A stretch of DNA of 64,000 bases from Candidatus Altimarinota bacterium (lineage in GTDB: Bacteria > Patescibacteriota > Gracilibacteria > CAIRYL01 > GCA-016699755), in the NCBI GenBank assembly GCA_963664295.1, contig OY760935.1:32001-96000 (forward strand). The letters run 5' to 3'. Both the position numbers and the translations under genes were made by a program. Under the pieces are notes generated by a model that had not been told where the DNA came from, searched no databases, and saw only the letters and a list, made by a program, of their open reading frames with translations. Below are positions 1-10,500 of this stretch, piece by piece (within the stretch, counting starts at the first letter, position 1; every line of letters begins with the position of its first letter).

Positions 1-348
1 CAGTTGCAAAATGGTGCTAACTATATTTCTTCTGCTAGCATTTACGGAGAAGGTTATGTGCCTAATACATTTAGTTATTTAGCTTATAATAACGATAATG
101 GCACTGATCCTTTGGCCAAAACTAAAGCAGAATTAAAAATAGATATTGAGGCAGTTAGTAATTCTGCCCCATTTTCTGCAAGCTCTGCTGATATGACGCT
201 TTATGACGGCACTGCTAGTGGAATTGGTAATGCAAATCAAACAAACGCACAAAACCACACTATTTATTACCTCTTGTTTGTTGATTATATGACACAAGCT
301 GGTATTTATTCTGGTGAGGTTGTTTATACTGCTTATCCTACTTTCTAA
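1..348 (+). CDS. 3' part of a secreted/surface beta-rich protein (5'-truncated by the window)
   Basis: Frame is open from the window edge; S/T/A/N-rich; ends in a beta-strand-like motif (TQAGIYSGEVVYTAYPTF); followed by a terminator. Confidence 0.6.
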   Translation, partial: QLQNGANYISSASIYGEGYVPNTFSYLAYNNDNGTDPLAKTKAELKIDIEAVSNSAPFSASSADMTLYDGTASGIGNANQTNAQNHTIYYLLFVDYMTQAGIYSGEVVYTAYPTF

Positions 349-373
349 TATCTTAGAAAGAGTTTGGGTATTT

Positions 374-404
374 AAAAAGGCAGGCCTTCGGGTCTGCTTT
401 TTTG
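374..404 (+). terminator. Intrinsic terminator (possibly bidirectional)
   Basis: aaaaag-gcaggcc-TTCG-ggtctgc-tttttt: GC stem, cUUCGg loop, T run. Confidence 0.8.
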
Positions 405-590
405 TTTATTTAAGAGAGAGACGGGATGCTTATTTGCCTAGGCGAATAAGGCCTTCTGCGCTCGCTCGGAATTTTGCACAAGCGCAAATTTTCTCGCTCG
501 CTTGAGTGTCGAACTCAAGGCTTCGTTTCAAGTCGTTCTCATCCAAAAAAGAACCTTATATTTCACTATGTTCAATATAAGAACCTTTTT

Positions 591-667
591 TGGAGCGAGA
601 GACGGGATTCGAACCCGCGACCTTCGCCATGGCAAGGCGACGCTCTAGCCAACTGAGCTACTCTCGC
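591..667 (-). tRNA. tRNA-Gly(GCC)
   Basis: Reverse complement GCGAGAGTAGCTCAGTTGGCTAGAGCGTCGCCTTGCCATGGCGAAGGTCGCGGGTTCGAATCCCGTCTCTCGCTCCA; cloverleaf, GCC anticodon, encoded CCA. Confidence 0.97.
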
Positions 668-706
668 AAATTTAAATTTATTTAGCCAATCGAATTGTTA
701 ATGCGC

Positions 707-788
707 TTGAGCGAGAGATGAGAGCAGAATTTAGCGACCTACACCATGCGACAAGAGCGACTTATTTGTCTTTCTGAGCTACTCTCGC
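707..788 (-). pseudogene. Degenerate tandem copy of tRNA-Gly (tRNA-like element)
   Basis: Shares the first 15 nt (GCGAGAGTAGCTCAG), AGGTCGC and the 3' TCTCTCGCTC with the adjacent tRNA; D, anticodon and T arms are scrambled; ends CAA rather than CCA. Confidence 0.7.
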
Positions 789-913
789 TTATTTTCACAA
801 GCTTTCGTATTTTAAAAAAAACCAAAACAAAATGCAAGCGCTTTCATAAATCAATTTATTTACTTGAAAATATCCCTAAAAAAAGCGAAAATTTAAATGA
901 ATTTTATTGTTTT

Positions 914-2494
914 ATGAGAAAATTAAGTCTAGGAATTTTATCAATTATTTTTTTAATTATTCCGTTTCATCCTTTTTTGGTGACATGGCTTAATTCTGCC
1001 TTTTTTGACCCTAGTACTGCACCAAGTGTTTTTTTATCAGCTTGGAAAGAGGCTTTAATAGCTATTTTGGCTATTATTTTTATAATTCAAGTTATTCGCG
1101 GAAAAATAAAAATAGAAATGGATTTTTTAGATGTTTTGATTATTAGTTTTTTTCTTTGGTCGCTTGTGACTGGTATTTTGTGGACAAATGGGGGAGTTTT
1201 TAAAGAGAGCGGTTTTGATAAAACCAGTTTTTTGCAGGTTGTTTATGGTGCTAAATATTCTTTTGCTTTTTTACTTTTGTTTTTTATTGTCCGACATATG
1301 AATTTTACTGCGGATGAAAAAAATATTTTGATTTATTTAGCCCTTACTTCTGCCTCTGTGGTGATTATTTTTGCTGTTATTCAAAAATTTTTACCTGAGG
1401 ATTTCTTGCTTCGTTTTGGTTATTCTGATGCAGGACCAAAAGCAGTTACGCAAAGCTTGGCCTATTGCCAAAAAACTCCTTTGACTGATGCTATAGATAT
1501 TTGTAGGGCTCAATCTACTTTGTCTGGCCCTAATCATCTTGGTGCTTATTTGGTTTTTATTTTGCCTTTGATTTTTGCTGTGGGAATTAATTTGAAAGAA
1601 AGTTTATTTAAAATTGTTCATTTTTTTATGATTGGTTTGGGACTTTTTGTGCTTTATTGGTCTTATTCTCGTGGAGCTTGGCTTGGTCTCATTGGCACTA
1701 GCTTTTTGTCTTTTGCTTTTATTTTTAGAAAAGAAAAAGAATTTATGAATTTTAGTGAAATATTGGCTTTGTGTGGTGTTTTTGGTGTGATTATGGCGAC
1801 TATTTTTGCTAAACCAGAGGTTTTGGCAGAAGGTGCTGGTAAGTTTCATGGAATTTTGTTTACTTTGCTTCATGCTAAGCTTTTTTATTTGATTATTTTT
1901 TTGGTTTCTAGTTTTTTTGTTGCTTTTGCTTCTTGGAAAAAATTACCACTTATTTCTTATTTTGTTGGACTTTTTGATCTTGGTATTTTTGGTATTTTTT
2001 TGATTTCAAAATTAAAAGGGGAGTGGTTTTGGCAGGTGCTTCTTCGTCCTTCTTCTACTCAGGGTCATTGGGAGCGCACTGCTGATGGTGTTTATTATTT
2101 AAAAGAAAATCCTTTGGGTCTTGGGCTTGGTGATGCTGGTCCTGCTTCTAATCATTTTGCTCCTGATAATCTTGGATTTATTCCTGAAAATGCTTTTTTA
2201 CAAGTTGGTTTGGAAAGTGGTTATATTGGCATGGCGATTTTTGTTTTAATTATTATTTTTACTGCTTATAAATTATTTAAATCTAATAATAATTCTGCTT
2301 TGGCTCTTGGTACTGGGCTTATTGGCCTTGTTATTCATTCTTTATTTTTGCACACCTGGGAAAGCTCTGTGGTGGCTTTGACTTTTTGGGGACTTGCCGG
2401 GGTTATGTTGGCAAAAGAAAAAAAGTTATCTTTTTTGCAAAAAATTTCTCATGCTTTTCAAAAGTTTTTTCTTTTCTTTAAGCGCAAATTTTGA
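914..2494 (+). CDS. O-antigen ligase/Wzy_C family polytopic membrane protein
   Basis: Many TM helices; RAQSTLSGPNHLG, SYSRGAWLG, GLGLG and PENAFLQ motifs; start moved to ATG 914 because the longer ORF overlaps the tRNA-like copy. Confidence 0.8.
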   Translation: MRKLSLGILSIIFLIIPFHPFLVTWLNSAFFDPSTAPSVFLSAWKEALIAILAIIFIIQVIRGKIKIEMDFLDVLIISFFLWSLVTGILWTNGGVFKESGFDKTSFLQVVYGAKYSFAFLLLFFIVRHMNFTADEKNILIYLALTSASVVIIFAVIQKFLPEDFLLRFGYSDAGPKAVTQSLAYCQKTPLTDAIDICRAQSTLSGPNHLGAYLVFILPLIFAVGINLKESLFKIVHFFMIGLGLFVLYWSYSRGAWLGLIGTSFLSFAFIFRKEKEFMNFSEILALCGVFGVIMATIFAKPEVLAEGAGKFHGILFTLLHAKLFYLIIFLVSSFFVAFASWKKLPLISYFVGLFDLGIFGIFLISKLKGEWFWQVLLRPSSTQGHWERTADGVYYLKENPLGLGLGDAGPASNHFAPDNLGFIPENAFLQVGLESGYIGMAIFVLIIIFTAYKLFKSNNNSALALGTGLIGLVIHSLFLHTWESSVVALTFWGLAGVMLAKEKKLSFLQKISHAFQKFFLFFKRKF

Positions 2495-2519
2495 GAAAAT
2501 AAGTTGCTCTTAATATTTT

Positions 2520-2747
2520 ATGTTTACTGCAAAATTAATTATTTTCATTTTGGCTAGTATTGCATCCCTGATTTTTTTTGTTATTGCGATTTTTCGCTAT
2601 AGAATGCATAAAAAAAGATACCCCCTTGCTAAGGGTTATAAAAAATTGTTTAAAACAGCTAGTTATATGGCTGTTTTTTTGCTTTGGTTTTTGATAATAG
2701 CCGGACTTATTATATATTATGCTTATCTATTATTTTTTCGATATTAG
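2520..2747 (+). CDS. Small two-TM membrane protein
   Basis: Two hydrophobic segments with a basic loop; tightly spaced before guaA. Confidence 0.65.
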   Translation: MFTAKLIIFILASIASLIFFVIAIFRYRMHKKRYPLAKGYKKLFKTASYMAVFLLWFLIIAGLIIYYAYLLFFRY

Positions 2748-2750
2748 TTA

Positions 2751-4547
2751 ATGAAAAAAATTCTTATTATTGATTTTGGTAGTCAATTTACACAATTGAT
2801 AGCAACAAAAATTCGTAAACTTCATGCTTATTCGGAGATTTGTACTCCTAATAATGCTCTTAAAAATATTGATGATGATGTGCAGGGAATTATTTTTTCG
2901 GGTGGTCCTTCTAGTGTTTATGAGGAAGGTGCGCCTACTATTGATACTAAGATTTTTGACTTAGGTTTGCCTATTTTAGGTGTTTGTTATGGTCATCATT
3001 TAATTGCCCATCTCCTTGGTGGTCAGGTGAAAAGTGGTCGTATTCATGAGTTTGGTAAATCTGTTTTTAGAGTGGAAAAATCTGTGGGTATTTTTGATAA
3101 TTTTCCAAAAGAATCTGTAATGTGGATGAGTCATGGTGATGAAATTATTAAATTGCCTGAGGGCTTTGAAGTTGCTGGTAGTACTGAGTCTTGCCCTATT
3201 GCTAGTACTGTTAATTTGGAAAGAAAAATTTTTACAATTCAATTTCATGCAGAGGTTTCTCATTCTGAAAAAGGCATGGAGCTTTTGCAAAATTTTATTG
3301 ATTATTGTGGTGTTGCTAATACTTGGTATATAGAAAATTTTGTTGATTTGGTTTCTGAGGAAATTAAAGAGCAAGTTGGTGATAAAAATGTTTTTCTTTT
3401 GGTTTCTGGAGGGGTGGATTCAAGTGTGGTTTTTGCTCTTTTGAACAAGGTTCTTGGCAAAGAAAGAGTTTTTGGTTTGTTTGTTGATACTGGTCTTTTG
3501 CGTCTTGATGAAGCTGATAAAGTTGAAAAACTACTTTCTTCTGCTGGTTTTGATAATTTACACATTGCTTATGAGGAGGAGAGATTTTTAAGTGCTTTAA
3601 AAGGGATTTATGATCCGGAAAGAAAGCGAGAAATTATTGGCAATGCTTTTTTAGATGTACAATCTGCTGTTTCTGATGAGCTTAATCTTAATTCTGATGA
3701 TTGGTTTTTGGCTCAAGGAACTATTTTTCCAGACACCATTGAAACAGGTGGCTCAGAGCATAGTGTAAAAATTAAAACTCATCATAATCGTGTTCCAAAA
3801 ATCGAAAAACTCATCGAAGAAGGGAAGCTAGTTGAGCCTTTGAAGTTGCTTTTTAAAGATGAAGTTAGAGAGCTGGGCAGATTGCTTGGTTTATCTGAAG
3901 ATATTGTGGGTCGTCACCCTTTTCCTGGCCCTGGACTTGGTGTGAGGATTTTGTGCGCTCAAAAAGCTGATAATATTTCTAATGCTCAAGAGCTTGAAAA
4001 TGAGTTAAAAGAAAAATATGGTTTTGATTTTCTAATTCTTCCAATTCGTTCTGTTGGTGTGCAGGGTGATGCTCGCACTTATGCGCATCCTGTTGTTTTA
4101 TATTCTGATGAATTTGATAGGAAAATTTTAGACAAAATTGCTACTGAAATACCAAATAATTATCGAGATATTAACAGGGTAATTTTTTGTCTGTCTTCTT
4201 CTGTTAAATTGCCTGATCCAAAAGTCCATGATTTATATATTACAAAAGAAAGAGCAGATATTTTGCGAATTGCTGATGATATTGTGCATAATATTATGCG
4301 AGCAGAAAATTTGGAGGAAAAAATTTGGCAATTTCCTGTTGTGCTTGCGCCAATTGATTTTGGACAAGGGGAAAGTGTGATTTTGCGTCCTATTGAAAGC
4401 GTGGACGCTATGACTGCTGTTTCTGCTGATATTCCTTTTGAAATTTTAAAAATAAGCACAGAAAAAATTCTTGCTAACACAAAAAATATATCTGCTGTGT
4501 TTTATGATCTTACTTCAAAACCTCCAGGTACAATAGAATGGGAATAA
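2751..4547 (+). CDS. guaA: GMP synthase (glutamine-hydrolysing), long form
   Basis: IIDFGSQ, SGGP, GVCYG, SGGVDS, IKTHHN, HPFPGPGL, KPPGTIEWE. Confidence 0.97.
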   Translation: MKKILIIDFGSQFTQLIATKIRKLHAYSEICTPNNALKNIDDDVQGIIFSGGPSSVYEEGAPTIDTKIFDLGLPILGVCYGHHLIAHLLGGQVKSGRIHEFGKSVFRVEKSVGIFDNFPKESVMWMSHGDEIIKLPEGFEVAGSTESCPIASTVNLERKIFTIQFHAEVSHSEKGMELLQNFIDYCGVANTWYIENFVDLVSEEIKEQVGDKNVFLLVSGGVDSSVVFALLNKVLGKERVFGLFVDTGLLRLDEADKVEKLLSSAGFDNLHIAYEEERFLSALKGIYDPERKREIIGNAFLDVQSAVSDELNLNSDDWFLAQGTIFPDTIETGGSEHSVKIKTHHNRVPKIEKLIEEGKLVEPLKLLFKDEVRELGRLLGLSEDIVGRHPFPGPGLGVRILCAQKADNISNAQELENELKEKYGFDFLILPIRSVGVQGDARTYAHPVVLYSDEFDRKILDKIATEIPNNYRDINRVIFCLSSSVKLPDPKVHDLYITKERADILRIADDIVHNIMRAENLEEKIWQFPVVLAPIDFGQGESVILRPIESVDAMTAVSADIPFEILKISTEKILANTKNISAVFYDLTSKPPGTIEWE

Positions 4548-4548
4548 T

Positions 4549-7500
4549 TTACTCGCAAGCATTATTAAAAATCACCGTCTCTCCGTTTTGAGTGTCAATT
4601 ACTGCGCGGAAAACTGCAATAACATCAAGTAAATCAACCATGCCATTGTCGTTGAAGTCACTTGCTTCTAGTTGGGTTGCATCTGCCTCTGCTGAGCCAG
4701 AATAAAATTTCATTGCTAAGATTGCGTCAGTAAGGCTGTATACTCCATCGTAATTAACATCTCCGCTAGCAGGAATGCCAACATTAAATGGATAAATTTC
4801 TGAATTTAAACCAGCTGTTGAAGATACTCTTACAACAATTGTGTGTTTTCCGTTTGTCAAGTCTGCTAATTGAGGAATATAGATTGGTATTTCTAATGTA
4901 AGAAGTTCGTTGGTAAATGAGTAAGAGGCAGAAGCTGAGTCATTGATAATATTAAATACTTGTGCTGATGAAGGTATTTCATTAACAGAGCAATATCGAC
5001 CTTTTACTAAAGAAATTTCTACTGTTTTTAGGTCATCAATGCCATAAAGATTTAGAATATCTATATATAATGTGTCAGTTGTTCCTTTTGCAGCAGAGGC
5101 ATTGCCAGTGGTTGTAATTGAGATTATATCTAATAAGGCTCTTTCTGAATTTATTGTAATTGTGTTGGAAATTTCATCTTCCATAGTGGCATAGATTTTT
5201 GCTGTGCCTTCTTGGACAATTGTTAAGTAATAATTTGTTAGTGTGCCTATTGCTTCTGTGCCTAACCATTCAACCTGTCCAGAAATATCCCTATTTGTTC
5301 CATCTGCATAGGTTCCTATTGCTGTTAGTATGCAAATATCATTAACGCTTGCAGTATTATCGGTGCAGTTAGAGCTGATCTCAATATCTGTTAAATCTTT
5401 TTTATCTATTGCTGTCAGCGTAATAGAGTTATTGCAAAGAATTTCTTTTTCATCACTATTTACTATTGAACCTTTAATATTAGCAGAACCGTCGTTTGTG
5501 ATTGTTAAATCTCTGTCGCTAAGTGAGGCAATGGAAGAATATCCGTACCAATTAACAAGGTCTCCTACTTCTGCTGTATTGCCGTCCTCAAAGGTTCCCA
5601 CAGCTGATAATGTACAAACATCTTCAACCATGACGCTGTCTTCACAATTTAAGCTTGAAACCTCAAAAGACACTAATTTATCTGCATCAAGAACATTGAT
5701 TGTAATATTATTATTTGAAGCTATTCCATCTTGAACCGCAGAGATTGTTGTTATGCCTGCAGTGGAAATAGTAAGTACATCTTCGCTCACAGACCCTATT
5801 GATTCTGTTCCTCTCCATTCTACTTCTTTAGATATATCTCTTATTGTTTCGTCTTCGTATGTTCCTGTTGCTATTAAAGTGCAGATATCTCCGGTCACTA
5901 AGTTTTCCCCGTAATTACAATTTAAAAGATTGATACTTAATGATTTTAATGGTGAATCATTAACTGTAATAGTTGTGCTTATTGTTTTTGATTCATCGTT
6001 TTTATCAGTTATTTCAAGTGTTGCTTCGCCTGTTGTGTCGCCTGCACTTGTGAATGAAAAAACATTATTTGTAATACTGCCTTTTAATCCTGTTTCGTTA
6101 GGGTTAAAGGTAAATATATATTCTCCTGATCCACCAGTGACTATAATTGGGTCAGGTAGTTCATCCACATCTACTATTTGTGAATTGATGTTTAAAGAAA
6201 GGCTTGTTGATTCGATAATAATTACTATTTCTTTTGTTAGATTGTCATCATAATAATCAGTTATGTTTAAACTTACTGTTCCTGCTGAGCTTGGATCTGT
6301 ATTAAAAACAAATGTGTCACCATTTTGATAACCTCTAAGACCTGTTCCGTCTGAGTCATCAAGTTCCATAATATATTCGCCTGATCCACCGTTGACCTGA
6401 ATATCACCAATATCTTCATTAAGATTTATTTTTTGAGAACCAATATTTGTTGTTAATGGCCTGGCAAGCACATTTATTGTTGAGCTTGCTGTAATATTTG
6501 TCATGTCTTCTTCTGTAAGATTTACCACTGCTGTACCTTTTCTGAGTGCTGACTGAGTAAATACAAAATTATTATTTTCTCTTTGACCTAAAAGTTTGGT
6601 ATCACCTTCGTCAAATACAAAATTATATTTATCAGAACTTGAATAAGCTATTAAAGGCTTTGGAGTTTCTCCTACAAAAATTGATTGTTCGCTAATATTA
6701 ATTACAGGACTTGTTTGATAAACTGTGATTTTTGAAGTGGCAATGTTTTCTTGGTCATAGGTATCATAAATATTAAGAGTAATTGTTCCAGTTGTTAGAG
6801 CAGGTGAATTAAAAGTAAAAGTATTACCTTCGCTTGATCCGCTAATTCCCATTGCTTCATCAGCACTAAGTTCAAAAGTATATTCGCCTGATCCACCACT
6901 TGCTTTAATTGTTAATGGTGTTTGGTTGATTGCTATTGATTGACTGGCAATATTAGGTACTATTTTTAAACTATTTACTGTCACAATTGTTGTTTCTGAG
7001 ACATTATTCACGGTATCTGTTATTTGAATTGTAAATATACCTTTCTGTTCTGCTGATTTTGAGAAGATAAAAGTATCACCATTGATTGTGCCTTCTAATC
7101 CTGTGCCATTATCTGTTGTGGCGAAAGTGTATGTGCCTGATCCGCCAGAAATACTTATTGGATTTGGCGTTGAGCCTACTGTGATGCTTTGGTCACCATT
7201 TTCTATGTTTAATACTACTGATTTTATATTTATTGTTGCAGTAATACTTGTATTTGTTTGATTATCCGTAATTGTCAAAGTAGCTGTGCCAGTATTAGTA
7301 GCTGTACTAAAGTTATAAATATTATTATTTTCACTATCCACAGAGCCAGTAAGTCCTGTTGTTCCAGCATCAAGAGAAAAAGAATAATTACCAGAACCTC
7401 CGTTGACTTCAATGTTTGTAGGAGTTTTGCCAATTGCTACTGTTTGTGAGCTAAAATTCATGGAGAGCTCATTTGCAGAAACATTAATTACTGTAGTTAC

Positions 7501-10500
7501 GCTTGTATTTGTTTGATTATCCGTAATTGTCAAAGTAGCTGTACCAGTATTAGTAGCTGTACTAAAGTTATAAATATTATTATTTTCACTATCCACAGAG
7601 CCAGTAAGTCCTGTTGTTCCAGCATCAAGAGAAAAAGAATAATTACCAGAACCTCCGTTGACTTCAATGTTTGTAGGAGTTTTGCCAATTGCTACTGTTT
7701 GTGAGCTAAAATTCATGGAGAGCTCATTTGCAGAAACATTAATTACTGTAGTTACGCTTGTATTTGTTTGATTATCCGTAATTGTCAAAGTAGCTGTACC
7801 AGTATTAGTAGCTGTACTAAAGTTATAAATATTATTATTTTCACTATCCACAGAGCCAGTAAGTCCTGTTGTTCCAGCATCAAGAGAAAAAGAATAATTA
7901 TTTGAACCATTATTAACTGTAATACTTGCAGGAGTACCGTTTAAGTTGATAGTTTGACTACTTATATCTACAGATGGTCCACTTGCAGAAATATTAATTA
8001 ATACATCAATATTTTCATTTGTTTGATTATCCGTAATTGTCAAAGTGGCTGTACCGGTACTAGTAGCTGTACTAAAGTTATAAATATTATTATTTTCACT
8101 ATCAACTGAACCAGTAAGTCCTGTTGTTCCAGCATCAAGAGAAAAAGAATAATCCCCAGAGCCCCCGTTAATAATAATATTTAAAGGAGTGCTGTTAATA
8201 CTTATGGTTTGTGAGCTTAGATTTGCTGAAAGATTGGTAATCATGATATTTATTTTTGTGGTTATGCTTTCATTAGTATCATTATCCGTAATTGTCAAAG
8301 TGGCTGTACCGGTACTAGTAGCTGTACTAAAGTTATAAATATTATTATTTTCACTATCAACTGAACCAGTAAGTCCTGTTGTTCCAGCATTAAGAGAGAA
8401 GCTGTATTCTCCAGAACCACCACTAGCAGTAATACTAAAAGGAGTTTTGTTGATGCCAATTGTTTGTTCGGTTAAGTTTGCCGAAAGATTGGTGACGCCA
8501 ACATTCACTATTGCTTTAACGCTTTCATTAGTATCATTATCCGTAATTGTCAAAGTAGCTGTACCAGTATTAGTAGCTGTACTAAAGTTATAAATATTAT
8601 TATTTTCACTATCAACTGAACCGGTTAATCCTGTTGTTCCAGCATTAAGAGAGAAGCTGTATTCTCCAGAACCACCACTAGCAGTAATGCTAAAAGGAGT
8701 TTTGTTGATGCCAATTGTTTGTTCGGTTAAGTTTGCCGAAAGAATGACAACAATAACATTTATTGTCACATCAACGCTTTCATTAGTTTTATTGTCCGTA
8801 ATTGTCAAAGTGGCTGTACCGGTACTAGTAGCTGTACTAAAGTTATAAATATTATTATTTTCACTATCAACTGAACCGGTTAATCCTGTTGTTCCAGCAT
8901 TAAGAGAGAAGCTGTATTCTCCAGAACCACCACTAGTTTCAATGCTTGTTGGTGTGTCATAGAGCCCAATTGTTTGTGAGCTTAGATTAGCGGATAGTGT
9001 TTCTTCCTGAACTTCTATGCTAACATTTATAACTTCTTCACTATTATTATCTGTGATTGTCAAAGTAGCTACACCTTTACTAATTGCTGTGTTGTTTTCA
9101 TTAAAGCTATATGTATTGATATTGTTTTCGTTTTCATCATTTTTTGTTGCTGTTCCACTTAGTCCTGTGCCGTTATTGCTAAATTGAAACGAATAACTCC
9201 CTGATCCTCCTGATGCAACAATGTTTTCTGGTTTTTGCCCAATATAGATAGTTTGTTGAAGCAAATTAACAGATAAAGGATTGTAATCTTCTGCTATTAC
9301 AGAAATTTCTGCTGTTGTAGTGTGAGTTTGGCTTATATGATCTTCGCACTTGCTTCCGTTAATTGTTGAGTCGCAAGTACAAGTAATATTCAAGCTAGCT
9401 TTTTTTGCATCAGTTGCTGGACCTGTAATTGAAAATTCAAATTCAGATGTTTTGCCACCTGTTATTCCTGATCCGTTTTCATTGAAATCATATGTACAGG
9501 TATCGTACCAATCTTTGCCAATGCCAATTACTTTTATATTTTCTGCAACACCATTAACACTAATTACTTGTTTTTTGTAATCAACTTCTACATTATTTAG
9601 CTGAAAAAATGGTAAAACAGAACAACTAGAAGGATTTGTTTCTATGTAACAATCATAAGTTGCTTCTATTGCGCAAGCATCAGAACAACCATCTTCATTA
9701 TCAGTATTTCCATCATCACATTCCTCTGGTTCTTCCAGAACGCCATTTCCACAGCTAAAACATTGAGATAAACTATTTTCCGTATTATCACATTGCCAGT
9801 CAGTTTCAATTAAACATTCTGAAGAACAACCATCTTCATTATTAGTATTCCCATCATCACATTCTTCTGATCCTGCTTTACTTCCGTCTCCACAAGTGCC
9901 AGTTTCTACGCAAAAATAAAGTTCATTTGGGTCAATATCATCACCATAAGCTGAACCTAGAACAGCAATCCTTCTAAATCCTTCTGAGCAACCTGTTTGC
10001 GGGTTTTTGTCTGTATGGTTGATTGTTGTTTCTGTGATGAAATTATTAAGATTTGTTTCAGTGCCATCTATTGCGTGCCAACCAAACCAGCTATTTTTTG
10101 ATGTTTTTTCATTGCCAGAATTATGCACACATGAATAAATTGTATCTGTTTTTAAATCTTCTATTGTTGTTCCTTCATCTTCATTGTTCACAAATTGTAA
10201 TTTTATTTGTTGATAATTTGCAGGACAACTGGTTTTTGGGTCAATTTCTTGGCAATTAATTGTTGTGCTCGTCACAGAGTCATTGTCCCCTTGGTTTTCT
10301 CCATGATAACCACACCAAAAGCTATTTATTTCTGAGTCGTTAGGATTAAGAATTTGATCATTAGCTTCTGTAAGTACACAAGTAGAAAAAGTGTAATAAT
10401 CAGTATCGCCAGCGCTCGCAAGTCCGCTATAAGAAACCTTTGCAAACTCTGCTGGACAATTATTTTTTGGATTTTCTCCTCGACAAAGCACAGTAGTATT

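Noticed and set aside
314-913. ORFs 314-505, 474-656 and the N-terminal extension 746-913
   Set aside because: They overlap a terminator, tRNA-Gly and the tRNA-like copy.
7230-8990. CRISPR array
   Set aside because: 255-bp in-frame coding repeats, no unique spacers, no cas genes.
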